Shown: positions 44,429-54,129 of the stretch, piece after piece
How positions within the stretch are numbered: the stretch's first letter is position 1
Layout: the number at the start of each line of letters is the position of its first letter
Assembly (NCBI GenBank): GCA_902801125.1
Contig: CADCGT010000002.1
Span: 225,157 to 289,156, forward strand
Source: an uncultured Pseudomonadota bacterium
GTDB lineage: Bacteria > Pseudomonadota > Alphaproteobacteria > Rs-D84
Direction: 5' to 3'
Length of the DNA: 64,000 bases
Position numbers and translations under genes: made by a program
Notes under the pieces: generated by a model
The model's database searches: none
Told to the model about the DNA's origin: nothing
Seen by the model: only the letters and a program-made list of their open reading frames with translations

Positions 44429-44502
44429 TGGTTGGGGCAGCTGGATTCGAACCAACACTAACGGAGTCAGAGTCCGGTGTTCTACCATTAAACTATGCCC
44501 CA
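44429..44502 (-). tRNA. tRNA-Gln (anticodon CTG)
   Basis: The reverse complement is TGGGGCATAGTTTAATGGTAGAACACCGGACTCTGACTCCGTTAGTGTTGGTTCGAATCCAGCTGCCCCAACCA. Cloverleaf with anticodon loop CTCTGAC. Confidence 0.88.
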
Positions 44503-44642
44503 GGCGACACGGATTATATACCGCACTTTGTCAATTTGCAAATAAAAAATAAAGCACCCCACCCACCGGCGCATTCGTTCCTATGGTTTTGCACCATACA
44601 AAAAAATATAATTTTTATAACCATAAACCAAAAGGATTCAAA

Positions 44643-45725
44643 ATGAGAAAATGCACCGTATCAATTATTGCGCTGTGCGTCACCACCGTCACAATCAACA
44701 CCGCGAACGCATGCACCGGAATCACACTGACCGCGGGGGACAAATCTTTCATCACGGCACGCACCGTGGATTGGTCTGGTTCAGAAATGAACAACATTTA
44801 TGTTATATCCCCACGCGGCCACACAGAACAATCGCTTTTGCCCGACGGCACACAAAACGGTATGCGATTTACCGCAAAATACGGCTTTGTCGGCCTTGGC
44901 ATGCAACGTCCAGAATTCGTCGTTGACGGCACGAACGAGGCCGGATTAAATGTTGGCCTGTTCTATTTTCCAGACTTTGGCAAATATCAACCGTACGATG
45001 CCAAATACCGCGATAAAACACTGGCCGATTTCCAGGTTGTATCGTGGATACTGTCGCAATTTTCAACAATCGACGAAGTAAAATCCGCAATCGACACCGT
45101 GCGCGTCGTCAACATAGACCCGACCGCATCAACCGTCCATTGGCGCATCGCCGAACCGAACGGGCGCGTGGCGGTTTTAGAAATTATCGACGGCGTACCG
45201 ACATTCTATGAAAATCCGGTTGGTGTTATCGCGAACGCACCGAATTTTGATTGGCATATGACAAATCTGGATAATTACGTGAACCTGTATCCTGGGCGCG
45301 CAATGCCAACGCCATTCGGTTCAATCAAATTGCGGTCTTTAAGTAATGGAACGGGCCTGCGCGGTTTGCCGGGTGATTTTTCATCGCCATCGCGCTTTGT
45401 CCGTGCGGCATTTTTAAAGACATATTCCATACCGCAACCAACCGCGCGCGCGGCCATTATGCAATCTTTTCATATATTGAACAATTTTGACGTCCCGTTT
45501 GGCGCATCGTATAATCTTGGCAAGGCGACATTCGATATGCCGTCCGCCACCCAATGGACGATTGCAACCGATACGGCCAATCACATTATTTACTATCACA
45601 CAATGTATAACCGCACAATTCGCAGGATTGATATGAACGCAATAGACTTTGAAACAGTGGCATTCCAATCGCACCCGTTGGATACAACCGAAAGCGAAAC
45701 CATAATCGACGCGCCGGTGAATTGA
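44643..45725 (+). CDS. Choloylglycine hydrolase family protein (bile-salt hydrolase or penicillin V acylase-like Ntn hydrolase)
   Basis: A signal peptide is followed by the nucleophile Cys in ANACTGITLTAGD...ARTVDWSG. Start at MRKCTV (44643). Confidence 0.8.
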   Translation: MRKCTVSIIALCVTTVTINTANACTGITLTAGDKSFITARTVDWSGSEMNNIYVISPRGHTEQSLLPDGTQNGMRFTAKYGFVGLGMQRPEFVVDGTNEAGLNVGLFYFPDFGKYQPYDAKYRDKTLADFQVVSWILSQFSTIDEVKSAIDTVRVVNIDPTASTVHWRIAEPNGRVAVLEIIDGVPTFYENPVGVIANAPNFDWHMTNLDNYVNLYPGRAMPTPFGSIKLRSLSNGTGLRGLPGDFSSPSRFVRAAFLKTYSIPQPTARAAIMQSFHILNNFDVPFGASYNLGKATFDMPSATQWTIATDTANHIIYYHTMYNRTIRRIDMNAIDFETVAFQSHPLDTTESETIIDAPVN

Positions 45726-45747
45726 TAAAAATATTTTTGTTTATTAT

Positions 45748-45828
45748 CCACTACCCACTAACACCCGTCGCGGCACGCCGCGCCACGGTCGTGACGGACT
45801 AACCACTAACACTAACCACTAACACTAA
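45748..45828 (-). repeat. GTTAGTG-type composite repeat with a variant central hairpin
   Basis: CCACTACCCACTAAC-ACCCGTCGCGGCACGCCGCGCCACGGTCGTGACGG-ACTAACCACTAACACTAACCACTAACACTAA. Confidence 0.85.
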
Positions 45829-45887
45829 ATCTATTGCCTTTTGAAAAAATGGGTCTATAATCACCCCGTTCAATCAAAGGAGATGTT

Positions 45888-47126
45888 ATGAAAATAAAAC
45901 CATTTCGTGGCGTTCGCCCACCCAAAGAATTGGCGGCCGAGGTTGCATCGCGTCCATACGACGTTTTGAATTCGGTCGAAGCCAAGGCCGAGGCCGGCGA
46001 AAAATCATTATTGCACATTATTAAACCAGAAATCGATTTTGACCCAATTGCCGACGAACACAGCCAGGCGGTCTATGACAAAGCCGTGGAAAACTTCAAA
46101 CTGTGGCAAGACCGCGGTTGGTTACGCACCGATGACAAAGAAATGTATTACATCTATGCCCAAACAATGGACGGCCGCACACAATACGGACTTGTTGCCG
46201 CGGCAAATGTAGATGACTATATGTCCGGCAAAATCAAGAAACACGAATTGACACGCAAAGACAAAGAAGACGACCGTATGATTCACGTCCGCATCCAAAA
46301 CGCGAACATCGAACCGGTGTTCTTTGCATATCCCGATGTCGCAGAGATGAACAAAATTGTCGCGGACTTTGTTGCGAACAATGCACCCGAATATGACTTT
46401 ACGGCCGCGGATGGTTTTGGTCATAAATTCTGGGTTATTCGCGATGACGCAATCAATGCGCGCATTACCGAAATTTTCCGTGATATTCCGGCAATGTATG
46501 TGGCGGACGGTCACCACCGCACGGCGGCGGCGGCACGCGTTGGCGCGGAAAAGCGCGCGCAAAACCCGAACCACACCGGCAACGAAGAATACAATTACTT
46601 CTTGGCCGTGATTTTTCCAGAATCCCAATTAAAGGTTATTGACTATAACCGCGTTGTCAAAGATTTGAACGGATTGACACCGGAACAATTCTTGGCGGAA
46701 CTTTCAAAATCTTTTGAAGTTGTCGACATGGGAACCGAAATCTATAAACCGAACAAATTGCACAACTTTGGAATGTACATGGGCGGCAAATGGTATTCGT
46801 TGACCGCGCGGCCCGGAACATACAACGACAACGACCCGATTGGCGTTTTGGATGTGACGGTTTTGTCGAATTTAGTGTTTGATAAAATATTGAACCTTGG
46901 CGACCTGCGCACAAGCAAGCGCATCGACTTTGTCGGCGGCATCCGCGGCCTTGGCGAATTGCAGAAACGCGTTGACAGTGGTGAAATGGCGGTGGCGTTT
47001 GCGCTGTACCCCGTGACGATGCGTCAAATTATTGACATTGCGGACACCGGCAACATTATGCCACCGAAAACGACATGGTTTGAACCAAAACTGCGCAGTG
47101 GTTTGGTTATTCACAAATTGTCATAA
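45888..47126 (+). CDS. DUF1015-family protein
   Basis: MKIKPFRGVRPPKELAAEVASRPYDVLNSVEA...LLHIIKPE...YVADGHHRTAAA. Confidence 0.8.
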   Translation: MKIKPFRGVRPPKELAAEVASRPYDVLNSVEAKAEAGEKSLLHIIKPEIDFDPIADEHSQAVYDKAVENFKLWQDRGWLRTDDKEMYYIYAQTMDGRTQYGLVAAANVDDYMSGKIKKHELTRKDKEDDRMIHVRIQNANIEPVFFAYPDVAEMNKIVADFVANNAPEYDFTAADGFGHKFWVIRDDAINARITEIFRDIPAMYVADGHHRTAAAARVGAEKRAQNPNHTGNEEYNYFLAVIFPESQLKVIDYNRVVKDLNGLTPEQFLAELSKSFEVVDMGTEIYKPNKLHNFGMYMGGKWYSLTARPGTYNDNDPIGVLDVTVLSNLVFDKILNLGDLRTSKRIDFVGGIRGLGELQKRVDSGEMAVAFALYPVTMRQIIDIADTGNIMPPKTTWFEPKLRSGLVIHKLS

Positions 47127-47147
47127 ATTCGATATAAACAAAAAAAT

Positions 47148-47173
47148 AAATGGGTGCAATTTCGCACCCATTT
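47148..47173. terminator. Bidirectional hairpin terminator
   Basis: AAATGGGTGC-loop-GCACCCATTT flanked by A and T runs between convergent genes. Confidence 0.75.
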
Positions 47174-49405
47174 TTATGGGTTTATAGCCACCTCGTCCAA
47201 TCGTCCGGCATGATACACATTTTCGCCCCAATTCAGGTTGAATGTATCAACCCCCATTTCCAGTGGCACAAAGCATTGCGTTCCGCCACTTTGCACCACC
47301 AAAGCCGGTGTTGTCACGCGTTCAGATAAAATCGGATATGCGTTTTCATTTTCACCATTTTTGGTTTTAAATTCCGTTGCAAAATCACAATCGGTTGTGC
47401 AAACCGTATCACCATTACCATCGGTATAATAATGTTCGTTCGGTTTTAATCCCGGCGCACAGACGGCAACCATACGATCGCCTTCGGCTGTTGTGCCAAT
47501 ATATTCTATACCCCACGCCGTTGTCACACTGTGGTCGCCACACGGACATGTCGTATCCATTTGTGTATTTCGGAATGTAAGTTTAAATATATCCGTCGAA
47601 TTTCCCGTGACACCCGCAAACAGTTGCGGATCGACATACCCGGTTAAACCACTTTCTGGTAACCCCCGACCCCCGACCGCGCCACAACGCCCCATATTAA
47701 ATGTTGAACGAAACATTTCCTTGGCCGTGCCCGAAACACCGGCAAATAAATTCGACGGTATCGGTGATTCTATACCACACATACCCTGGAATGTAGTTTT
47801 AAACATACTTGGCGCCGCACCGGTAATACCCGAAAACAAACCCGCCGGAATTGTTCCGCTTATCGATTGACACGCAGCGAACGTCGCATTAAACAAATAT
47901 GCGGCATTACCGGTTATACCACTAAATAAACCCGCCGGAATTATTCCGGTTAAATTTTCACAGCCACCAAATGTGCCCCCAAATGCATTAACCGCACCAC
48001 GGGTGTATGTGGTATCACCAGTAATAGTGTAAGAAGTTATATCGTCATTTGCACTGCCCGAAATGGTTGCGAACAAATTTTCCGGAATTGAACCCGTCAG
48101 GCCCGAACAATTTGCAAACGTCTGATGAAACAAACCCGCACGTGGTATACCCGTCACACCACTGAATAACCCCGCGGGAATAGAACCGGTCAGTCCCGAA
48201 CATCCACTAAAGGTTTCTTGAAACATCGACATTCCGGTTGCAGCATTATTCAAATCACCAAACAAATCCGCCGGAATCGAACCCGTAAGGCCACTGCACC
48301 CATGAAACGTTTCTATAAACATATGGGCATTATATTGGTCATTTAAACCTGTCGCAGCCGTCGAATTCCCCGTTACCCCATCAAACAAATCCGATGGAAT
48401 CGAACCGATTAAATTTGTACATTCACTGAATGTAGCAATAAAATGCGGCTGTTTTCTGGCATCTGGTAAACTGGGGTAAATTGCACCCAACGACCCCGAT
48501 ATGCCCGCAACTTTTTCCGGCGTACCGGTGTACAATGAATAAGAAGTATCAACAACCGAGAGTCTACACCCGCGAATACCAAAACTGACCGCACCCATGT
48601 AATACGTGTGTGATAGATATGTATAATCCGTTGCCAAACCACCAAATCGTATGGTATGCACCCCCGCGGTCGCATACGTGTGTTCTATTGTGCCAACATA
48701 ATTTATCGTTTGTTGTGTACCATCACCCCAATCAACGTAAAACAAACCTTCGGCACCCTGCCAATATTTGAATGTGTCGCCTGCCGACATATTTGTTGTG
48801 GTAATCGTGAATTTTGGGTCAAATTCAACCCATTGGGCCGTCAATGTTTTATCGCCCGTATATGTCCATTTGAATGTCCCCGATTTAACATCACTGGTTC
48901 CCGACACCAACCAACCAGACAACACATAACCCGGTTTTTCACACAGGTTCTTCATTATCATAACCGGCGAAAAATTCGCGTTATATGTCGCGGTCGCATT
49001 TGCCGGCGCGGTTCCCGAACCATCGCCACAATCGTATGTCACGGTGTATTCATCCGCCACGCACGATTGACCGTCCAATGCCGCGCCATACCCATTATTA
49101 CACGTCCATGATGCATAAAATGTTTTATCACCCGTTGCATCCGCGCCAATTGTCATTGGATTTGCGCAATCGGTCAATTCGGCATCTGTGCACCAACCGA
49201 CAAATGTGCTGCCCACTCTGGTTGGTGTCCCCAATGTTATTGCCGTCCCACCGGTATATGTTGCGGGCATTCCCGATGTTGCCGCCGTTCCACCATTAAG
49301 TTCGTATGTTATATTAAAATCATCGGCCCGTGCCGCAAATGGCATAAACGCACATGCAACCAACACACCAAACAATCCGTGTAAAAACGATACCCCCGAC
49401 ATCAC
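47174..49405 (-). CDS. Surface protein with Listeria-Bacteroides-type repeats and BspA-like leucine-rich repeats
   Basis: Signal peptide, then FNITYELNGGTAATSGMPATYTGG...GSTFVGWCTD and YTVTYDCGDGSGTAP...GYVLSGWLV. These are followed by reiterated F..CSGLTGSIPA.LF.G units. Confidence 0.8.
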   Translation of the reverse strand: MMSGVSFLHGLFGVLVACAFMPFAARADDFNITYELNGGTAATSGMPATYTGGTAITLGTPTRVGSTFVGWCTDAELTDCANPMTIGADATGDKTFYASWTCNNGYGAALDGQSCVADEYTVTYDCGDGSGTAPANATATYNANFSPVMIMKNLCEKPGYVLSGWLVSGTSDVKSGTFKWTYTGDKTLTAQWVEFDPKFTITTTNMSAGDTFKYWQGAEGLFYVDWGDGTQQTINYVGTIEHTYATAGVHTIRFGGLATDYTYLSHTYYMGAVSFGIRGCRLSVVDTSYSLYTGTPEKVAGISGSLGAIYPSLPDARKQPHFIATFSECTNLIGSIPSDLFDGVTGNSTAATGLNDQYNAHMFIETFHGCSGLTGSIPADLFGDLNNAATGMSMFQETFSGCSGLTGSIPAGLFSGVTGIPRAGLFHQTFANCSGLTGSIPENLFATISGSANDDITSYTITGDTTYTRGAVNAFGGTFGGCENLTGIIPAGLFSGITGNAAYLFNATFAACQSISGTIPAGLFSGITGAAPSMFKTTFQGMCGIESPIPSNLFAGVSGTAKEMFRSTFNMGRCGAVGGRGLPESGLTGYVDPQLFAGVTGNSTDIFKLTFRNTQMDTTCPCGDHSVTTAWGIEYIGTTAEGDRMVAVCAPGLKPNEHYYTDGNGDTVCTTDCDFATEFKTKNGENENAYPILSERVTTPALVVQSGGTQCFVPLEMGVDTFNLNWGENVYHAGRLDEVAINP

Positions 49406-49462
49406 AAATCCCCCTATCGATTTATCAAGGCATTATAACACATTTTAAACACCAAACAAAGC

Positions 49463-49493
49463 AAAATCGGGCAAGAACATGCCCGATTTTTTT
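49463..49493. terminator. Hairpin terminator
   Basis: AAAATCGGGCA-AGAACA-TGCCCGATTTTTTT. Confidence 0.7.
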
Positions 49494-49516
49494 ACAATAT
49501 ATTTTTAACCCCCGGT

Positions 49517-50011
49517 TTAATATTGACGATACTTTATTTCATGAAATTTACGCAATAACGCAGAACTTTCCGCCGACATTTCAATATTCCGTTCTTTCAA
49601 TATTGTCTGAAAATTATCTACATCTTGATTCACACGCATAACATCGCGCATAAATTCTTGACCCCGATTCGGCACACGAAACGCAACCGATGCACCATCC
49701 GTTCCACGACACGGACGCAAAAATACGCCATTTGCACGAAAAATGCGGACCATATCATACATATGATGAACATTTGTGTCCATCGGTATAACATAGTAAT
49801 ATTTGCGACCCCACGATGTCACAACATCTTTGACCGTGTGCGCACGAAACGCCGCACGCAAGACATCGGCGGCCTGGGGGTTCCATTTTGGAAACAGACC
49901 CGTTTTGGATAACAAATATTTGGCATAAATCATATCCGGTCCCTTTTTCACACCGGGGGCAAATGATATACCCAACAAAATATAAGTCAAGTCTTTAAAT
50001 GCCAATCGCAT
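49517..50011 (-). CDS. Hypothetical protein, overlaps the stop of the upstream giant gene
   Basis: 164-aa ORF with no recognisable motif. Alternative start at MIYAKYL (49933). Confidence 0.5.
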   Translation of the reverse strand: MRLAFKDLTYILLGISFAPGVKKGPDMIYAKYLLSKTGLFPKWNPQAADVLRAAFRAHTVKDVVTSWGRKYYYVIPMDTNVHHMYDMVRIFRANGVFLRPCRGTDGASVAFRVPNRGQEFMRDVMRVNQDVDNFQTILKERNIEMSAESSALLRKFHEIKYRQY

Positions 50012-53000
50012 GCGACAGTTTTAGCATAAAAATCGATTCGTTTCCATATTCGCGAACATTATTTGGATTCACACGATAAATAAATCCAATCGCGCCATCT
50101 GTGAACGGACCAAAACTGTGCCGATACGACGCATTAAATCGCAATTCGCGCGAACGCGGTACCATATCAATCCTGTGCACCCCGGTACCAGAAATTGCCA
50201 AATCATACCGCCCATCGGCATCTTCGACTATATCATAATTCGCACAGGCATAATCAATACCACCGTGCGTCACCGCCAAAGGCATTGATGCCCCAAATGT
50301 GAAATTACCAATATCGATTCCGGCCGCAAACGCGTTTGATGTAAAATCGCCCATATGCATCACTGCGTCGTTTTCCATACCCGGCCGGGTCCACGCAAAT
50401 GTTGCACGTGCACGCAATTTAACATTTTTAAACGGCGCCACAAACGCATCAACATCAATATAATTCGTGTTCGCGTTACCAATCGCCATCAATCCCGAAC
50501 CGTATGCACCCAAAACCGTATTGTCTTCATGCATCGCACCAACAGTGGTATTTAACCCAAAACGATTATTGCCCCACCCCACATTGGATTGCGCGCCTGA
50601 AACCACGCCAAGGCGCATCGGCGCATATTCAGACGAAATCGTCGGGTCGTTTTCCACCAAACCTTCGTCGGTAATAATCCCGGAAAACGCGCGCGCGCCA
50701 AACGTCCAATTATTGTAATTATACGCCGTCCCGGCCACAACCGCATTCGACGCCAAAGACAAAATCGGATTCGCCATACCCGTAAAGCGCGATTCTCCAT
50801 CGGTCAAATAATGCTGGTAATCGCCTGACATTTTCCAATTACCATCCGCGTATTCAAACCGCATATTGTCCAACCCGTCCATATTATCGTTATACGCGCG
50901 CGCCGAACGCGTCAAACCAAACGCAAACTTTCCAACCCGAACCATATTGTTTTCGGGTGCGCGCGTCCGCAAATCACCCAATACATCACCCATATACAAC
51001 CCATGCCGACCACCATCATCAAACGTAAAAGAATTTTTCCATACACGCGGCAAACGCATAGTCCCATCGGCACTTTCCAACATATCAAACGCCGCGACAT
51101 CAACCGCACCCCGCCCCAGGTTCAGCGCACCCGACGCACGAAAACCGGTATTTATCGCCGCCCGCCAATACGCATTTCCCGACGCAGACACTATATTTGT
51201 TCCATCAAAGAAATACAAATTCGTTCCCGGTGTTGTCGCCCGTTCAAGGTTTATCACCCCATAACCAAAAACCTCTTTGAACACGCTTAAATAATCCTCG
51301 CCATTGTCTATGCGCCATTGGTACGCATCCGGCATTTCATACATTCCCGTCAAATGCGATATCAATGTATCCTTGGTCAAACGCGTTCCCGACGTCAACC
51401 GATTAAGAAACGGTCCATCCGCCGTTAAGGCCAACAGAGTAAAAATCTGTTGCGGGGTCATATAGTAAAACGCCGAACGCAACACGCCCGCCGCCCCGGC
51501 CGCCGCCGCCGCCGCCATTTCATCGGTCACGCCAACCGCCGCAAAGCACCACGGGTCAATACCATCCCCGCCCATACCGGCCGCACCACAAACGCGGGAT
51601 TTATAATATGTCGCATCTGTTCCACTTCCGGTTTGCCATTGGGATAATTGAAATTTATTTGCATTTCCATCCGCGTTTGCCGCAATTGCCGTTGTCCCCG
51701 CGGTTGACGCACCAACGCCCACCACCGACATAAACAAATGTCCAAGGTTTTGATAAACCAACGGCGCAGAATTTTCAAATGTCGCAACCAACGGCGCGGT
51801 AGAATACGCCGCATCTGTCTTTGACGCACCGGTTGAAAACACGGTCAACGGCGAATACCGCGACCCCAGGTTCGTAAAGAACGCGGTTGCATTAGAAGTT
51901 GTCGGACTGGTTGTATTTTCCAAACCATATGTTTCACCAATCAAATTCAAAAACGCACCCTGTCTTTGCGACGAAAATGCGGCCCCGCCCGCTTCAAGAA
52001 CATCGTCAACGGTTCCCGCCCCAACACTGTGCAACGGTTCAATCACATCAAGATTCGCAATTACATCAACCCGTGAACGCCCACCGGCCAAATCACCGGC
52101 ATAGGCCAATGCCCCTGCATCCACCATCGCAGTATAATTATAATAATCCGTCGCGCCACCATTTGAATCAATCCCGCCACCAGTTCGATATATCGTCATT
52201 TGGCCGTTTGGCATAAAACCGACAAAGTCACCATTTGGGTTCGTCGCCATATTTCCACCAACAATCTTGGCCAATATATTATCCATCTCGGTCGCATTGG
52301 TGTTATGTATTGCGGTCCCGGCCCCGGATAAATCGAACGCGGTCACCTCTGTGACACTATCATCCGAAACATTTGAATTGTCATTTCCAAGTGTGATTGT
52401 ATTGTTATAATACTTGCTTGAAATCATAGTATTACTTGCATTATTCAACGAAGACGGACCGGAATTACTGGTCCAGATTAAAAATTTTTCCTGTAAAGAT
52501 GTATTATCGGCGGCATTTATACCATTCGCCGTCACCAATGCCACATTCACCGGCCGACCGCCTTCAACCGGGTCCGACCCCAAATTATACTGACTTGTCG
52601 AAAGTGGCGCATTTGTTTCCATATTTCGCAATGTCCGCATCCCCAGATAACCACGTGCCAACGGCGAATATCCCCGCATAAGCAGCAAATAATTCATATT
52701 CCCATAATTTGATGCACTGGAATCCGTACTGCCGTTCATCAATTGAAAGTTTTGATAGTTCGGTGTGTTTTCAACCTGGGCACCGTCGGCACCGGTAATG
52801 TATTGATTGTAAAAAACCGCCAACGCATCATTATATCCCGAACTTTCGGCCGTTGCACTTGGCATTGCCGGCCCATACGGCAGGCCGGATGTGAACACCG
52901 CGGTTCCCGAATCTGTGGATGAACCACCACCCGACGAACCACCACCACCGGAACCCGAACTGCCACCCGAAGAATTATTGTCATTATCGGGATCGAACAC

Positions 53001-53411
53001 ATCGGTCAACAAAAACAGACCACCTATGACAACGGCGGCACCCGCCGCCGCCAATGTCAAACCCTGGGCGGTGGATAGTCCACCGAACAAGCCCCCCGTT
53101 CGACCAGGCGAATTTTTTGTTTTATAGTCTTTAATTTGACGGTCACACTTTGACGCATCTGCACCGTACATTTGTAAAATCTGGGCCGCGCGCAAATCGT
53201 TATTCATCAACGCGGTGCACACCAACGACAGACCCGTATTATCAACATAGTTTATATTCGCACCATTGTTCACCAAAATTTGAACCTGTTGAATATCGGC
53301 ATTTTTGGCGGCGGCCAACAATTGTGCCGCAACGGTAAATTCACTTGGCGCCGCAAACGATGCAAACGGGGCGAAAACAAGTGCAAAAACCAAGAATCTT
53401 ATGAATTTCAT
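49995..53411 (-). CDS. Giant exported protein: ankyrin repeats, hydrophobic segment, Gly/Ser linker, large unknown region, possible C-terminal beta-barrel
   Basis: Signal peptide MKFIRFLVFALVFAPFASFA. ANK-like LLAAAKNADIQQVQILVNNGANINYVDNTGLSLVCTALMNNDLRAAQILQMYGADA, then SSGGSSGSGGGGSSGGGSS. The C-terminal roughly 250 aa shows an alternating-hydrophobic strand pattern. Confidence 0.7.
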   Translation of the reverse strand: MKFIRFLVFALVFAPFASFAAPSEFTVAAQLLAAAKNADIQQVQILVNNGANINYVDNTGLSLVCTALMNNDLRAAQILQMYGADASKCDRQIKDYKTKNSPGRTGGLFGGLSTAQGLTLAAAGAAVVIGGLFLLTDVFDPDNDNNSSGGSSGSGGGGSSGGGSSTDSGTAVFTSGLPYGPAMPSATAESSGYNDALAVFYNQYITGADGAQVENTPNYQNFQLMNGSTDSSASNYGNMNYLLLMRGYSPLARGYLGMRTLRNMETNAPLSTSQYNLGSDPVEGGRPVNVALVTANGINAADNTSLQEKFLIWTSNSGPSSLNNASNTMISSKYYNNTITLGNDNSNVSDDSVTEVTAFDLSGAGTAIHNTNATEMDNILAKIVGGNMATNPNGDFVGFMPNGQMTIYRTGGGIDSNGGATDYYNYTAMVDAGALAYAGDLAGGRSRVDVIANLDVIEPLHSVGAGTVDDVLEAGGAAFSSQRQGAFLNLIGETYGLENTTSPTTSNATAFFTNLGSRYSPLTVFSTGASKTDAAYSTAPLVATFENSAPLVYQNLGHLFMSVVGVGASTAGTTAIAANADGNANKFQLSQWQTGSGTDATYYKSRVCGAAGMGGDGIDPWCFAAVGVTDEMAAAAAAGAAGVLRSAFYYMTPQQIFTLLALTADGPFLNRLTSGTRLTKDTLISHLTGMYEMPDAYQWRIDNGEDYLSVFKEVFGYGVINLERATTPGTNLYFFDGTNIVSASGNAYWRAAINTGFRASGALNLGRGAVDVAAFDMLESADGTMRLPRVWKNSFTFDDGGRHGLYMGDVLGDLRTRAPENNMVRVGKFAFGLTRSARAYNDNMDGLDNMRFEYADGNWKMSGDYQHYLTDGESRFTGMANPILSLASNAVVAGTAYNYNNWTFGARAFSGIITDEGLVENDPTISSEYAPMRLGVVSGAQSNVGWGNNRFGLNTTVGAMHEDNTVLGAYGSGLMAIGNANTNYIDVDAFVAPFKNVKLRARATFAWTRPGMENDAVMHMGDFTSNAFAAGIDIGNFTFGASMPLAVTHGGIDYACANYDIVEDADGRYDLAISGTGVHRIDMVPRSRELRFNASYRHSFGPFTDGAIGFIYRVNPNNVREYGNESIFMLKLSHAIGI

Positions 53412-53478
53412 TCGTCCTCTCTCTATGTCCCGCATATTCTAACACAGATTTTTATTGTGTGTCTAGCAAAAAAATAAA

Positions 53479-53500
53479 CGGGATGAAAAAAATCATCCCG
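53479..53500 (-). terminator. Hairpin terminator after the lipoprotein gene
   Basis: CGGGATGA-AAAAAA-TCATCCCG with a T-run on the minus strand. Confidence 0.7.
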
Positions 53501-53523
53501 CATATTTTTATTTACCCAACAAA

Positions 53524-53988
53524 TTACCGGCTAATGGTCTTGACATAAACCCAGTTCGATGAAGATTGTTCGGTTTTATGACCATCAGAAACCGTCACTG
53601 TCCCCCTAAAATTACCTGTGATACGAATACCGCCTTCGCAATCACACGGTTCCGGTTTCGGTTCTGGCTTTGGTTCCGGTTTCGGTGTCACGGGTTTCAC
53701 AACCGGTTTTACCGGACGAACACCACTGTTTTGATTACCACTGCTGCGATTTGCAGAATTGTTATTATTCCCATGAATCATTGTTGCATCATTATTATCA
53801 CCATGGATAATAATCGCATCACCCTGCACTTCGACCGCCGGGGTTTCTGTTTTATCTTTGCCGCCACACGGATTGCAATCCGGGCAATAATAATTATTAG
53901 TATTATATTTGCACGACGCAAGGCCCGCCAAGGCCATAAGACCCGCCAACTTTAAACTGTTTATTAAATTTCTTTTGTTCATCTTCAA
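53524..53988 (-). CDS. Lipoprotein with a PKPEP repeat
   Basis: Lipobox LAGLASC after the signal peptide, the repeat KPVTPKPEPKPEPKPEP and an AAGGAG RBS. Confidence 0.8.
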   Translation of the reverse strand: MKMNKRNLINSLKLAGLMALAGLASCKYNTNNYYCPDCNPCGGKDKTETPAVEVQGDAIIIHGDNNDATMIHGNNNNSANRSSGNQNSGVRPVKPVVKPVTPKPEPKPEPKPEPCDCEGGIRITGNFRGTVTVSDGHKTEQSSSNWVYVKTISR

Positions 53989-54079
53989 CTCCTTTTGTTG
54001 TTGATTTCTGACCTTATTATAGACAAAATTTTTACATTGTCAATGGCAAAAATAAAATTTTTTTCAAAAAAAATATATT

Positions 54080-54108
54080 TTGCAACAAAAGCGTTTTTTT
54101 GGTATAAT
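54080..54108 (+). promoter_or_regulatory. Near-consensus extended -10 sigma-70 promoter
   Basis: TTGCAA (54080-54085), a 17-nt spacer ending in TGG, then TATAAT (54103-54108), 22 nt upstream of the ATG at 54130. Confidence 0.65.
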
Positions 54109-54129
54109 GTTCCACAGATTCAAGAGAGA

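Noticed and set aside
40559-44502. Classical integron (attC-bounded cassettes).
   Set aside because: No intI integrase or attI is present in the window. The cassettes carry their own promoters. The repeats do not show the R''-L''/L'-R' (GTTRRRY) architecture I would expect of attC. A tRNA-anchored array fits better.
53566-53955. 129-aa plus-strand ORF.
   Set aside because: It is antisense to the lipoprotein gene, which has a lipobox and a strong RBS.
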